A DNA stretch of 64,000 bases from Fimbriimonadales bacterium (GTDB taxonomy: Bacteria; Armatimonadota; Fimbriimonadia; Fimbriimonadales; JABRVX01). Positions within the stretch are counted from its first letter, which is position 1. Each line of letters opens with the position of its first letter. The notes under the pieces were generated by a model. That model saw nothing but the letters and a program-made list of their open reading frames with translations. It did not search any database and was not told the DNA's origin. The position numbers and the translations under genes are program-made. Below, piece by piece: positions 1 to 10,132 of the stretch. The stretch is taken from NCBI GenBank assembly GCA_045862955.1, contig BTVI01000010.1, positions 27,512 through 91,511 on the forward strand, read 5' to 3'.

Positions 1-1
1 C

Positions 2-943
2 AAGGAGCTGCTGGGTGCCATCCGAGCCGCCGGACCCGAGCCGATCGTGTTGACCGTTCCGGCTGGAGAGCGTAGCAAGTCCTATGGTTCAGCCGGCGCG
101 CTTTGCGAGAAGTTGTCGGAGCGTGGCCTCGGCAGGCAAGGGGTGATCGTTGCCTTCGGTGGCGGCGTGATCGGCGACTTGGCGGGCTTCGTGGCCTCCG
201 TGTACCACCGTGGCATTCGCTACGTGCAAGTGCCTACCACGGTTCTGGCGCAAGTGGACGCGTCTGTCGGCGGCAAGGTGGGAGTGGACCTCGAGGCGGG
301 CAAGAACCTGGTCGGCTCGTTCCTGCAGCCGCTCGCGGTGATCGCAGATACCACCGTGCTGCGTACCCTGCCGATTCGCCACCTTCGCAACGGGATGGCG
401 GAGGTGCTGAAGTACGGGTTCATCTTTTCCGCGCCCTTCGTGGACTTCGTGGTGGGCGTGCGCCGCCAAGTGGAACGACGCGACCCGACGGTGTTGGCCG
501 AGATCGTGGCCGCGTGTTGCCGCTACAAGGCGGAGGTCGTCGGTGAGGACGAGCGGGATACCACCGGATCGCGCGCACGTTTGAACTTCGGCCATACCGT
601 CGCCCACGCTATCGAAACCAGTCTCGGCTATCGTTCCATCCTGCACGGCGAGGCTGTTGCCATAGGAATGGTGGCAGAGGCGAGGATTGCTCGTCGCCTG
701 GGTCTGTGTGATGCAGACGTGCCCGAGGCGGTTCGAACCGCCGTCCTCGCATACTCCCTCGGGCGGCAGCCGCCGCGGCTGGCCCCCGAGGAACTGGTCG
801 CCCTGATGTATCGGGACAAGAAGGTCGTGGAGGGTAAGCTAGTGATGGCACTGCCTACGAGAGTGGGCGAAGTGAAGCTCGTCGGCGACGTCCCGCAGGA
901 CGTAGTCATGGATGTCCTCCGAGAGATGGACTGCGATGGGTGA
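2..943 (+). CDS. aroB: 3-dehydroquinate synthase (5' truncated by window edge)
   Basis: Motifs GGGVIGDLAGF, PTTVLAQVDASVGGK and LNFGHT...HGEAV; frame is open to the window start. Confidence 0.95.
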   Translation, partial: KELLGAIRAAGPEPIVLTVPAGERSKSYGSAGALCEKLSERGLGRQGVIVAFGGGVIGDLAGFVASVYHRGIRYVQVPTTVLAQVDASVGGKVGVDLEAGKNLVGSFLQPLAVIADTTVLRTLPIRHLRNGMAEVLKYGFIFSAPFVDFVVGVRRQVERRDPTVLAEIVAACCRYKAEVVGEDERDTTGSRARLNFGHTVAHAIETSLGYRSILHGEAVAIGMVAEARIARRLGLCDADVPEAVRTAVLAYSLGRQPPRLAPEELVALMYRDKKVVEGKLVMALPTRVGEVKLVGDVPQDVVMDVLREMDCDG

Positions 944-1142
944 GGCACACGAGAGCCTGATCAGAGCCTTCTGTGCGGCCTGGACCTGCTTGCTCGCAGC
1001 CGGGCACTATGGGGGGCTGCTTTCCCAGGGTTCGCCCCTCTGGCTGGGCTCTGCGTTGCCCACGCTCACGACGCTCTACTGGGTTCTTCTAGCCGCGTCC
1101 GTGGTCTATTGGATATGGACATGGAGGAGTCGGTCGCAGTGA
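936..1142 (+). CDS. Small membrane protein (~68 aa, probably 2 TM)
   Basis: ATG overlaps the aroB end; its TGA overlaps the kinase GTG (GTGA); hydrophobic segments. Confidence 0.55.
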   Translation: MGEAHESLIRAFCAAWTCLLAAGHYGGLLSQGSPLWLGSALPTLTTLYWVLLAASVVYWIWTWRSRSQ

Positions 1143-2899
1143 TTGGTGACATCCTGCGCTTACGATACGAGATCGAGCAGCGGCTGGGTGAGGGGCCGCT
1201 GTTCGTCACATACCGCGCACGCGATCGGGTCCGCAATCGGCAGGTCGCGCTCAAGCTTCTCCGTGCTGAGTACAGCCATCTGCCAGAACTACGCATCGCC
1301 GTCAGAATGTATGCCGACACGATGCAGCAGTACCGCTGGCCAGGTGTAGCCGCTTGTCTCGGCACGGATGAGCACAACGGCATTCCCTTTTTGGTTTTCG
1401 AACTCGCCTCGGGGACCCCGCTGGAAGAGCGCATGAAGCGCCTGGGATCAATGCATGTGCAGGTGGCGGTGGACATCGCGATCGGTATCGCCACAGCCCT
1501 CGACGCTCCCCATCGCGCCGGTCAGGCGTTTGGCAGACTACGCCCCGCCAACGTTTTCGCGAACGTCGAGGGAAGCGTGATGCTCACCGACTTCGGACTG
1601 CGCTCGGTGGCCATGGCGCACCCCGATACGTTCCGCGCCGAGGTAGCCATCGCGGGACCGTACATGGCCCCGGAACTGTTCATCGGAGGGGAGGAGAGCC
1701 CCGCTGCCGACGTGTATTCCGTTGGCGTTATCCTTTTCGAGATGCTGACCGGGGAACGGCCAGTACGCGTCGCGGCGGGGACCGACGCGCACATCATGCC
1801 CGCGGTGTCCATGCGCACGCTGAACCCCGCCGTGCCTCCTGCGCTGGAGATGCTGGTGGAGAAGGCAACATCCGCACAGCCGAGCGCGCGACACAAGGAT
1901 GCTGTGGAGCTGCTGCTGGATTTGAAAGGCATCCGCGATTCGCTTCGCTTCGGCAGGCCTTCCGAACGGACAGTGTTCCGAGCCGGTGCTACCGATCTCG
2001 GCCCTCCCCCGACTGCAACCAGCGCGCCTCGCGCCGCACCAGGGTCGGAAGCCGCCGTCCGCGTCGCTGCACCCAAACCAACGCCACAGCCGGCACCGCA
2101 GCCCGGACCCAGACCCGAGCCGGACGTGCCGCGATGGCTCAGCCTAGTCAACATTTCGCTGACCCTAATGGCGATCCTGGTAGTGATGGCCGGCGCCGCC
2201 TACCTGTTCCTCAGCGTAACCAAACCCCGCGAGGCGACGGTACCGGCACTCCTGGGTAAAACCCTCGTCGAAGCGCGCCAGATCCTCGCGGAACGGAAGC
2301 TGAAACTGAAGGTGGCAACCCAGGCCTATAACGATCATTTCCCCCCCGAAACCATCTTCGCCACGGTGCCAGACGCCGGCGAGAAGGTCAAAGAGGGTGC
2401 TACCGTTGCTGTCTCGCTCAGCTTGGGACCGAGGCTGGTGGCCGTTCCCGATGTTCGGAACCTTACCGAGGAGCGGGCGCGGGCTGCTCTGGCGGAAGTG
2501 GGTTTCAAGAAGGTGACCGTGGCCCCGCGCGAGCATAGCACGGAGGTACCGTACGGCGCGGTGATCCGTCAGAACCCGCAGGGCGGACTGGAGCTAGACC
2601 CGTCACAGCCAGTGCAGCTCGTGATCAGCCTCGGCCCGGAGCCCACAGAGCCATCCGAAGAGGGAGCCGTTCTGCGAACGTGGCGCATCCCCATTGCCAT
2701 CCCTCCCGGCGTTGCACAAGAGGTCCGCGTGCAAGTGGAGTTCCGGGATGACACCGGCTCCCGAATCGTCTACGACGCCAAACGCTTTGCAGGTGAGGAG
2801 TTCGAGGTCACCGTGGACGGCTATGGCGACCGAGCCAGAGTGACCGTCACCTTGGATGGCAAGCGCATCTACCGCCGTTACATGGAGCCCGAGCCTTGA
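1139..2899 (+). CDS. PknB/PrkC-type Ser/Thr kinase fold with TM, 2 PASTA repeats and a C-terminal beta domain; probable pseudokinase
   Basis: VALK, DFG and YMAPE present; HRDxKPxN replaced by FGRLRPAN; start likely GTG 1139 (MIGDILRLRYEI). Confidence 0.88.
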   Translation: MIGDILRLRYEIEQRLGEGPLFVTYRARDRVRNRQVALKLLRAEYSHLPELRIAVRMYADTMQQYRWPGVAACLGTDEHNGIPFLVFELASGTPLEERMKRLGSMHVQVAVDIAIGIATALDAPHRAGQAFGRLRPANVFANVEGSVMLTDFGLRSVAMAHPDTFRAEVAIAGPYMAPELFIGGEESPAADVYSVGVILFEMLTGERPVRVAAGTDAHIMPAVSMRTLNPAVPPALEMLVEKATSAQPSARHKDAVELLLDLKGIRDSLRFGRPSERTVFRAGATDLGPPPTATSAPRAAPGSEAAVRVAAPKPTPQPAPQPGPRPEPDVPRWLSLVNISLTLMAILVVMAGAAYLFLSVTKPREATVPALLGKTLVEARQILAERKLKLKVATQAYNDHFPPETIFATVPDAGEKVKEGATVAVSLSLGPRLVAVPDVRNLTEERARAALAEVGFKKVTVAPREHSTEVPYGAVIRQNPQGGLELDPSQPVQLVISLGPEPTEPSEEGAVLRTWRIPIAIPPGVAQEVRVQVEFRDDTGSRIVYDAKRFAGEEFEVTVDGYGDRARVTVTLDGKRIYRRYMEPEP

Positions 2900-3564
2900 G
2901 TGTTCAGATCGCCCCATCCGTCCTCGCTGCGGACTTCGGACATCTCGCCGACGCTGTCGCCCAGGCCGATGCGGCAGGCGCAGACATGATCCATTTCGAC
3001 GTGATGGACGGCAGGTTCGTGCCGAATTTGACGTTCGGGCCGCCCCTCGTGCAGGCGGTACGTCCCGTGTCCAAGCTCCCGTTCGACGTGCACCTGATGG
3101 TGGAGCGCCCGTGGGACCTAATCGAGGCGTTCGCGGATGCCGGCGCTAACTATCTCACCGTGCACGAGGAAGCGTGTCCTGACCTCGTGCGGGTGCTGTC
3201 ACTCATTCGGAGGCATGGCGTAGCCCCCGGAGTCTCCCTAAACCCGCACACGCCGCTCGAATCGGTCCGGTATGCGTTACCCGATGCGGAGCTGTTGCTG
3301 ATCATGACAGTCAGTCCAGGGTTTGGCGGGCAGGAGATGCTCGCCCCGATGCTGGACAAGATCGCCGCCGCCGCGCGGTTGGTGGCAGAGGTGAATCCCA
3401 AATGCCTTATCGAGGTTGATGGGGGCATAGATGTCATCACCGCACCTCGCGTGGTGCGTGCAGGAGCCAGGGTGCTCGTGGCGGGCTCAGCGGTCTACGG
3501 CACTCCCTCGGTCTCCGATGCGGTGCGGGAACTACGTTGCGCAGCGAGCGAGGCGCTGACGTGA
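2896..3564 (+). CDS. rpe: Ribulose-phosphate 3-epimerase
   Basis: IAPSVLAADF, HFDVMDGRFVPNLTFG, DVHLMV, EVDGG. Confidence 0.97.
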   Translation: MSVQIAPSVLAADFGHLADAVAQADAAGADMIHFDVMDGRFVPNLTFGPPLVQAVRPVSKLPFDVHLMVERPWDLIEAFADAGANYLTVHEEACPDLVRVLSLIRRHGVAPGVSLNPHTPLESVRYALPDAELLLIMTVSPGFGGQEMLAPMLDKIAAAARLVAEVNPKCLIEVDGGIDVITAPRVVRAGARVLVAGSAVYGTPSVSDAVRELRCAASEALT

Positions 3565-3884
3565 CGGCGAGCCGCCGCCGACGTATCGTCGTGCTGTGCC
3601 TGGCACTCGTTGCCGTGGCGATGGGAATAGCGTATCCGTTCCTGTTTCCTGCTCCGGCTGCCGACCTCCCCACACGTGAAAAGGCGTCGGTCCTTCTGTA
3701 CGGCTTGACGTACCTATTGGCCCTGATCTTGGTCCTCGGCGCAATGGCACTCGTGGCGGCGCGGGAGATTCGACAAGTGCTGGAGCAGTATCGTGAGGAG
3801 CGTAAGTCTGCCATCCGCGGCCTAGTCCAGTCCTTGGCGAGACCGAGGCGGCGCAACAGCAGTAATGGCCACCCACTGGACTGA
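3561..3884 (+). CDS. Hypothetical 2-TM membrane protein
   Basis: GTGA overlap with the rpe stop; two hydrophobic helices; overlaps the ribD start. Confidence 0.65.
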   Translation: MTASRRRRIVVLCLALVAVAMGIAYPFLFPAPAADLPTREKASVLLYGLTYLLALILVLGAMALVAAREIRQVLEQYREERKSAIRGLVQSLARPRRRNSSNGHPLD

Positions 3885-4971
3885 CGAAGACCTGCGCTTC
3901 ATGCGCAGAGCGCTCGAGCTAGCTGCTCGCGGCTATCCCGCTCCGAATCCCTATGTAGGCGCGGTGCTGGTGCGCGACGGAGAGGTGGTTGCCGAGGGAT
4001 ACCACCGGCGTGTCGGTACCGCCCATGCCGAGGCCGTCGCACTCGAGAAAGCGGGTCCGCGGGCTCGAGGTGCCACTCTCTACGTCACACTCGAACCCTG
4101 CTGCCATCAGGGACGGACCCCACCCTGTACCGAGGCGATCGTCGCTGCAGGTGTCAGCCGTGTGGTTGCGGCTGTGCAGGACCCAAACCCGGTGGTCAGG
4201 GGCGGCGGAATTCGACGACTTCGGCGAAAAGGGGTACGAGTGGATGTAGGCCTGCTCGAGGTTGAAGCCCGCGCTCGGAATCGCATGCACTTTCACTTTC
4301 ACCAGACGGGTCGCCCGTGGGTGACGGTTAAGGCAGCGATGTCGCTCGATGGGAAGATCGCCACCGTAACGGGAGAGTCCAAGTGGATCACGGACGAAGA
4401 TGCCCGCCGGATGGCGCACAAGCTTCGCGCCGAGCATGCAGCCGTGCTGGTTGGTGCCCGAACGGCGGAGATGGATCGGCCCAGCCTCACCGTGCGGCTG
4501 CCGGGCGTCACGGCGAAGCCTCTGCGAGTGCTCCTGGACTACGACCTGCGCATCCCCGAGGACAGCACCCTGTACGATGGCGAGGCCGAAACGGTTGTCT
4601 TCTTCCGAAGAGCCGCCCCCGCCACCCGCAAGCGGCTCTTGTCCTGTCCGGCTCGGCTGGAGCAGGTGAAGGGGTCGGAAGACCGTCTAGACCTGGGGGA
4701 GGTGCTGGAGCGCCTAGCCTCTTGGGGTATCACATCCGTACTGGTCGAGGGCGGTGGCGAGGTGATCGCCTCGTTCCTGGAGGCCAGGCTGGTGAATCGC
4801 GTCTGCTTCTTCTACGCTCCTCTCATACTCGGCGGCGCGCGGGCCAAGACCGCTGTCGAAGGATCGGGCGTGAAGACGATCGCGCGAGCCGTGCGTCTGC
4901 ATCGTGCTTCGATGCTTCGAGCCGGGAGCGGGTGGATGGTAGACGGCGAACCGGACTACCCATTGGAGTAG
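3865..4971 (+). CDS. ribD: Bifunctional riboflavin deaminase/reductase
   Basis: PNPYVGAV, HAE, TLEPCCHQGRTPPC, SLDGKIA, VEGGG. Confidence 0.97.
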   Translation: MATHWTDEDLRFMRRALELAARGYPAPNPYVGAVLVRDGEVVAEGYHRRVGTAHAEAVALEKAGPRARGATLYVTLEPCCHQGRTPPCTEAIVAAGVSRVVAAVQDPNPVVRGGGIRRLRRKGVRVDVGLLEVEARARNRMHFHFHQTGRPWVTVKAAMSLDGKIATVTGESKWITDEDARRMAHKLRAEHAAVLVGARTAEMDRPSLTVRLPGVTAKPLRVLLDYDLRIPEDSTLYDGEAETVVFFRRAAPATRKRLLSCPARLEQVKGSEDRLDLGEVLERLASWGITSVLVEGGGEVIASFLEARLVNRVCFFYAPLILGGARAKTAVEGSGVKTIARAVRLHRASMLRAGSGWMVDGEPDYPLE

Positions 4972-4975
4972 CACC

Positions 4976-5581
4976 ATGTTCACGGGTCTGATCGAGGCCG
5001 TCGGTTCGGTAGCAGAACCTCTGCACAGCGGCAGGCTATGGATCTCGGCGCCTTTCGCCGCAGAGTCCGGGCCCGGACACAGCGTGGCTGTGAACGGCGT
5101 GTGCCTTACAGTCGTAGAAAAGGTGGGCGATCGGCTGTTGTTCGAGCTGTCCGAGGAGACCGTGCAGAGGACTGCGCTCGGCTCCCTCACTGTCGGGACT
5201 CCGGTGAACCTCGAGAGACCTCTGCGCGCCGACGCAGAGCTGGGCGGTCACTTCGTGCAAGGCCACGTAGACGGTGTGGGAAAACTCGTGGAAGTCGAGA
5301 CGCTCGAGGACTCCTGGATGTTCAAATTCCGGGCACCGACCAATCTCGCTGCGGAGTTGGTTCAGAAAGGTTCGGTTGCTGTAGACGGTATCAGCCTGAC
5401 CGTCGTGGACCTCTTTCCGAGCGGCGAGTTCACCGTCGCTATCATCCCGTTCACGTTCGAGCATACCAATCTCGGCACGATGAAGCCCGGGACGCCCGTG
5501 AACATCGAAACCGACATTCTGGGCAAGTACGTTCGAAGATTTATGGAGCTGAGGCAATCGCCGCAGGCGGTAGAAGTGTAA
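4976..5581 (+). CDS. ribE: Riboflavin synthase (alpha chain)
   Basis: MFTGLIE start, NGVCLTV, GHFVQGHVDG. Confidence 0.97.
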   Translation: MFTGLIEAVGSVAEPLHSGRLWISAPFAAESGPGHSVAVNGVCLTVVEKVGDRLLFELSEETVQRTALGSLTVGTPVNLERPLRADAELGGHFVQGHVDGVGKLVEVETLEDSWMFKFRAPTNLAAELVQKGSVAVDGISLTVVDLFPSGEFTVAIIPFTFEHTNLGTMKPGTPVNIETDILGKYVRRFMELRQSPQAVEV

Positions 5582-5618
5582 TATGGGCCACACATTCTGC
5601 GAGGTAGAATCCGTTCCG

Positions 5619-6887
5619 ATGGCAGACTCCCCCGACGTGTCGCCTAGCCCCTTCGCGAAGATCGAAGACGCCCTCGAAGACATCCGACAGGGCCGCATGA
5701 TCATCGTGGTCGACGACGAGGACCGGGAGAACGAGGGCGACTTCGTGATGGCTGCCGAGAAGGTCACCCCCGAGGCCGTCAACTTCATGCTGACGCACGG
5801 GAGGGGCCTCTTGTGCGTGCCGTGTGACCCGAAGCGCCTGGAGCAGCTCGGTATCGGAATGATGGTGGTGGACAACACCGCGAAGTTGGGCACGCAGTTC
5901 ACCGAGACGATAGATGCGGCGAACGGGATCAGCACGGGGACCTCGGCGCACGACCGTGCGCTTACCATCCGGCTCATGTGCAACCCGAAGTCCACACCGG
6001 CGGACTTTGCGAGGCCCGGCCACGTCTTGCCGCTCCGCGCTGCAGTAGGTGGGGTACTGCGAAGGGCAGGGCATACCGAAGCCGCGGTGGACCTTCCGAG
6101 GCTCGCCGGCCTTCAGCCCATCGGCGTGCTCTGCGAAATCCTCAAGGACGACGGAACGATGGCTCGCGTGCCGGAGCTGTTGGAGCTGGCGCGGCGATTC
6201 GGCATGAAAATCGTGACCATCGCGGACATCATCGAGTACCGAAGTCGTACCGAGAAACTGGTCCGCCGTGCCTGTCCCCCGATCGCCTTCCCGACCCACT
6301 TCGGGCACTTCACGCTGCACGTGTACGAAGCCGACACGAACGCAAACCCGTATGTGGCGCTCAGCATGGGTAGTGTTGATGATGGCGAGCCGGTTTTGAC
6401 CCGCGTCCACTCGAGCTGCACCACGGGGGATGTTCTGGCTTCGCTGCGTTGTGATTGCGGGGATCAGGTGGTCGCAGCACTCGGGCTCATCGCCCAGGAA
6501 GGCCGAGGCGTGCTGCTGTACATAAACCAGGAGGGGCGTGGCATCGGACTGCTCAACAAGCTGAAGGCGTATGCGCTCCAGGATGCCGGAATGGACACCG
6601 TGGAGGCCAACATAGCTCTCGGGTTCAAGTCGGACCTGAGGGATTACGGCCTCGGGGCGCAGATCCTTCGCGATTTGGGACTGCGCAAGATCAGGCTCAT
6701 GACGAACAACCCGTCGAAGGTTGCGGGGCTGCAGGGCTACGGCTTGGAGATCGTGGAGCACGTGCCGCTGGTTGTCCCGCCGAACCAGTACAACTTGATG
6801 TACCTGCGGGCGAAACGGCTGAAGATGGGCCACTGGCTGCCTGAACAGGATGGGCCCGAAGAGGCTGAGCCCTCAGGCCTGTCCTAG
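5619..6887 (+). CDS. ribBA: DHBP synthase / GTP cyclohydrolase II
   Basis: DDEDRENEGD, RAGHTEA, RVHSSCTTGD...RCDCG, QEGRGIGL; ATG 5619 lies 8 nt after TAGAAT. Confidence 0.96.
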   Translation: MADSPDVSPSPFAKIEDALEDIRQGRMIIVVDDEDRENEGDFVMAAEKVTPEAVNFMLTHGRGLLCVPCDPKRLEQLGIGMMVVDNTAKLGTQFTETIDAANGISTGTSAHDRALTIRLMCNPKSTPADFARPGHVLPLRAAVGGVLRRAGHTEAAVDLPRLAGLQPIGVLCEILKDDGTMARVPELLELARRFGMKIVTIADIIEYRSRTEKLVRRACPPIAFPTHFGHFTLHVYEADTNANPYVALSMGSVDDGEPVLTRVHSSCTTGDVLASLRCDCGDQVVAALGLIAQEGRGVLLYINQEGRGIGLLNKLKAYALQDAGMDTVEANIALGFKSDLRDYGLGAQILRDLGLRKIRLMTNNPSKVAGLQGYGLEIVEHVPLVVPPNQYNLMYLRAKRLKMGHWLPEQDGPEEAEPSGLS

Positions 6888-6901
6888 GTACACTCCGAAC
6901 T

Positions 6902-7381
6902 ATGCCAACCACCGTCTTCGAAGGCGATCTCCGGCACGACACCGCGCGATTCGGCATCGTCGTGTCCCGGTGGAACGACCTGGTGACTCGCAGGCTCCTG
7001 GATGGCGCCCTCGGTGCTTTGTGCCGCTACGGCATCGGCGATGAGCGGATCGAAGTAGCCTGGGTCCCCGGATGCTGGGAGCAGCCCCTCGCTGCTGAGG
7101 CGCTGCTTGCCACGGGCAGGGTCCAAGCCGTTATCTGCGTTGGCGCTATCCTGCGCGGCGAGACGCCCCACGCCGAGTACCTGGCTTCGACCGTCTCGCA
7201 CGCACTCAATCGGCTGGCCTCACAGTGCAAAGCACCGGTCTCGTGGGGGATTCTGACCTGCGACACGCTCGATCAGGCCCTCGAGCGGGCTGGCTCGAAG
7301 ATGGGCAACAAGGGGGCCGAGGCCGCCCTAGCGGCTCTCGAGATGGTGTCACTGCTGGACAAGGTCAAGCAGGGAGGCTAG
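6902..7381 (+). CDS. ribH: 6,7-dimethyl-8-ribityllumazine synthase
   Basis: IVVSRWN, VPGCWE, ILRGETPH, GNKGAEAA. Confidence 0.95.
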   Translation: MPTTVFEGDLRHDTARFGIVVSRWNDLVTRRLLDGALGALCRYGIGDERIEVAWVPGCWEQPLAAEALLATGRVQAVICVGAILRGETPHAEYLASTVSHALNRLASQCKAPVSWGILTCDTLDQALERAGSKMGNKGAEAALAALEMVSLLDKVKQGG

Positions 7382-8505
7382 TGGTGAGTCGGGTAGCCGG
7401 GGTCGTCCTGATTCTGCTTGCCTTGGGCCTGGGCTCCGTCTTCGTACTCCGCTACATCGAGGCGTCTGCACCACCTAACCCTCAGCAAGCGCTGGAAGTG
7501 CTAGAGCGGCCGGCACGCAGAGTGTCCCTTGCGGCACAGCCCGATTTCGTGCAGGCCGTCAAGAAGCTCTCGCCTGCCGTCGTAGCGATCGATGTGATGG
7601 GGTTGAGGCGGCAGGGGTTCTTCCTCACACAGTTTGCCGGCCAGGGCTCCGGAGTCGTGATCTCTCCGGACGGCTACGTCGTGACGAACGCTCACGTCGT
7701 GCAGGGCGCGCATGAAATCCGCGTGCGCACCATCTCCGGAGGGGAGTACGATGGCTTCGTCGTGGGCAAGGACGAGGAGCACGACGTCGCCGTGCTCAAG
7801 GTCAAAGCGAGCAAGCTGCCCTATGCGGAGCTAGGGGACAGTAGTACGCTCCAGGTCGGTGAATGGGTGCTTGCACTCGGCAACCCGCTGGGATACGAGA
7901 ACACGCTTACCGTAGGAGTGGTCAGCGCCACCAATCGCCAACTGCGCGAAGCCGGTGCGGGCTTTACCGGACTCATCCAGACCGACGCGGCCATAAACCA
8001 AGGTAACTCGGGCGGCGCGTTGGCGAATATCCACGGACAGGTCGTGGGGATCAACACGGTGATCGTCTCGCCGACCGGTGGCAACATTGGATTGGGGTTT
8101 GCGGTGCCCATCAACCGGGTGAAGGAGATAGCCAAGCGGATCATCAGCGGCCAGCGCCCACTCGTTCCTTACATCGGCCTCGTGCCGTATCGGGGCGTCA
8201 GCCTCTCCGATCCTGCACTGCGTGAAGCTCTGGCTCAGGAGTTGGGAGTTTCGAAGGTGCCGAACGCCGGCGTGATCGTCGAAAAGGTGTGGCCGCTCTC
8301 GCCGGCGCAAGAAGCGGGTCTGCGGCCGCTGGATGTGATTGTCAGTCTCAACGGACGTGAGCTTCGCACATCGGACGACTTCTGGAACGTGCTCGGCAGC
8401 GCGGAAGTCGGCGGAGTGCTCAAAGCTCGCGTTTGGCGAATGGGAGTCGAGAAGGAGGTTACGATCGCCGTAAGGGACTTGCCGCCCAGCGTAGATCGCG
8501 GCTAG
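7381..8505 (+). CDS. HtrA-family serine protease (N-terminal TM, trypsin, 1 PDZ)
   Basis: TNAHV, DVAV, IQTDAAINQGNSGG; GTG overlaps the ribH stop. Confidence 0.9.
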   Translation: MVSRVAGVVLILLALGLGSVFVLRYIEASAPPNPQQALEVLERPARRVSLAAQPDFVQAVKKLSPAVVAIDVMGLRRQGFFLTQFAGQGSGVVISPDGYVVTNAHVVQGAHEIRVRTISGGEYDGFVVGKDEEHDVAVLKVKASKLPYAELGDSSTLQVGEWVLALGNPLGYENTLTVGVVSATNRQLREAGAGFTGLIQTDAAINQGNSGGALANIHGQVVGINTVIVSPTGGNIGLGFAVPINRVKEIAKRIISGQRPLVPYIGLVPYRGVSLSDPALREALAQELGVSKVPNAGVIVEKVWPLSPAQEAGLRPLDVIVSLNGRELRTSDDFWNVLGSAEVGGVLKARVWRMGVEKEVTIAVRDLPPSVDRG

Positions 8506-8532
8506 CACCGCCCGGAGGCGTCGCGCGCAAGC

Positions 8533-10131
8533 ATGACATTTCAATCGCTATATGCCGGGAACCCGGTGATGGCCAAAGAGACAACAGAAGCGTTAGGGAA
8601 GTTCTTAGAGGTTTTGCCTCCGCGCGTCCGAGATAGGCTCGCGGCAAGGCCCGACCTTCCGCAGCTGCTCGAAGTCGTGTTGGACCTCGGCAGGCCGGCG
8701 GAGACCCGTTTCGTAGGCCTAACGGAGCGATGGGAAGACATCGAGGTCACCGACCAAGACATCCAGTACGTGGTCGGGCTGATAGGCGAGTTCGGCAAGG
8801 ACAACCGAGCAGGCATCGAGCGCACGCTGCATCGCATCTCCGCGATCCGCAACCGACACGGTCGCATCGTCGGACTGACCTGTCGAGTGGGGCGCGCGGT
8901 CTACGGCACGATAGACATCTTGCAGGACATCCTAGAAGCCGGAAAGAGCATCCTACTGCTCGGCAAACCGGGCGTAGGAAAGACCACGAAGCTTCGCGAG
9001 ATGGCGCGCATCCTAGCCGACGAGTTCGATAAGCGAGTGGTGATCGTGGACACCTCGAACGAGATCGCAGGCGACGGAGATGTCCCCCATCCCGGAATTG
9101 GCACTGCGCGAAGGATGCAAGTGGCCGAACCGGCGCGCCAACACGAGGTTATGGTCGAAGCGGTCGAGAATCACATGCCGGAAGTGATCGTAATAGACGA
9201 GATCGGCACGGAGGCCGAAGCGCTCGCAGCACGGACCATCGCGGAGCGCGGCGTACAGCTCATCGGCACCGCTCACGGCCGCACACTGGATAACCTGATG
9301 AGCAATCCGACGCTCTGCGACCTGATCGGCGGCATTCAGGCCGTAACCCTCTCGGACGATGAGGCCCGGCGGCGCGGTACGCAGAAGACGGTGCTGGAGC
9401 GCAAGGCTCCGCCGACCTTCAGCATCGTGATTGAACTGCTCGACTACGACAAGATCGCAATCCATCATGACGTGCAGCGCGCCGTGGACATCATGCTGCG
9501 CGGCAGTCAGCCCAGACCGGAGATCCGGGTGCGCAGTTCGCAAGGCGAGGTGGAGGTGGTGCAGAAGCCAGAGGTGGTCGTGGAAATGGCCTCTATGCCG
9601 CACGAGCACCCCGCCCTGGACCTGGACCGCGGCGAAGCTCCCGTGCGGCCCGTGAACAACCTGCGCGGCGGCGTGATGCGCATCTTCCCATACGGCGTGG
9701 CTCGGACGCGCCTGGACCGGGCCATTCGAGAACGCAGGCTGCCTGCAATCACCGTGAACGACATCCAACAGGCCGATGCGGTGCTCGCCATACGAACCAC
9801 CTATCAGCGCAGGCCGCCGCGACTACGCGAGGTGATGGACAAACAGGTGCCTACGGTGGTGGTGAAAAGCAACACCTACTCGCAGATTGCCGGTGCGCTG
9901 GACGACCTGTTCCGCCTGCCGGACGCTCGCACGATGGAGGCTCTGGCTATCAAAGAGGCGGAGGAGGGCGTGGAGCAGGTGCTGTCTACCGCCGAGCCCT
10001 TCGACCTGCCACCGAGGAATAGCTACCTGCGACGGCTGCAGCACCTGCTGGTTGCCAAGCGCAAGCTGCTCTCGGAGAGCGTCGGCGAGGAGCCAAACCG
10101 GTACGTGCGTATCCTCGCTAAGGGAACCTGA
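8533..10131 (+). CDS. Ycf45/SpoIIIAA-like AAA ATPase with C-terminal R3H domain (start may be 8569)
   Basis: GKPGVGKT, DTSNEIAGDGD, IDEIG, RRLQH (R3H). Confidence 0.85.
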   Translation: MTFQSLYAGNPVMAKETTEALGKFLEVLPPRVRDRLAARPDLPQLLEVVLDLGRPAETRFVGLTERWEDIEVTDQDIQYVVGLIGEFGKDNRAGIERTLHRISAIRNRHGRIVGLTCRVGRAVYGTIDILQDILEAGKSILLLGKPGVGKTTKLREMARILADEFDKRVVIVDTSNEIAGDGDVPHPGIGTARRMQVAEPARQHEVMVEAVENHMPEVIVIDEIGTEAEALAARTIAERGVQLIGTAHGRTLDNLMSNPTLCDLIGGIQAVTLSDDEARRRGTQKTVLERKAPPTFSIVIELLDYDKIAIHHDVQRAVDIMLRGSQPRPEIRVRSSQGEVEVVQKPEVVVEMASMPHEHPALDLDRGEAPVRPVNNLRGGVMRIFPYGVARTRLDRAIRERRLPAITVNDIQQADAVLAIRTTYQRRPPRLREVMDKQVPTVVVKSNTYSQIAGALDDLFRLPDARTMEALAIKEAEEGVEQVLSTAEPFDLPPRNSYLRRLQHLLVAKRKLLSESVGEEPNRYVRILAKGT

Positions 10132-10132
10132 G

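Noticed and set aside
3564..3865. FMN riboswitch before ribD
   Set aside because: The interval is filled by a coupled membrane ORF and has no RFN motifs.
5541..6833. Long antisense ORFs (also 22694-23776, 53497-54633, 56030-57073)
   Set aside because: Shadow frames of GC-rich genes with no recognisable motifs.
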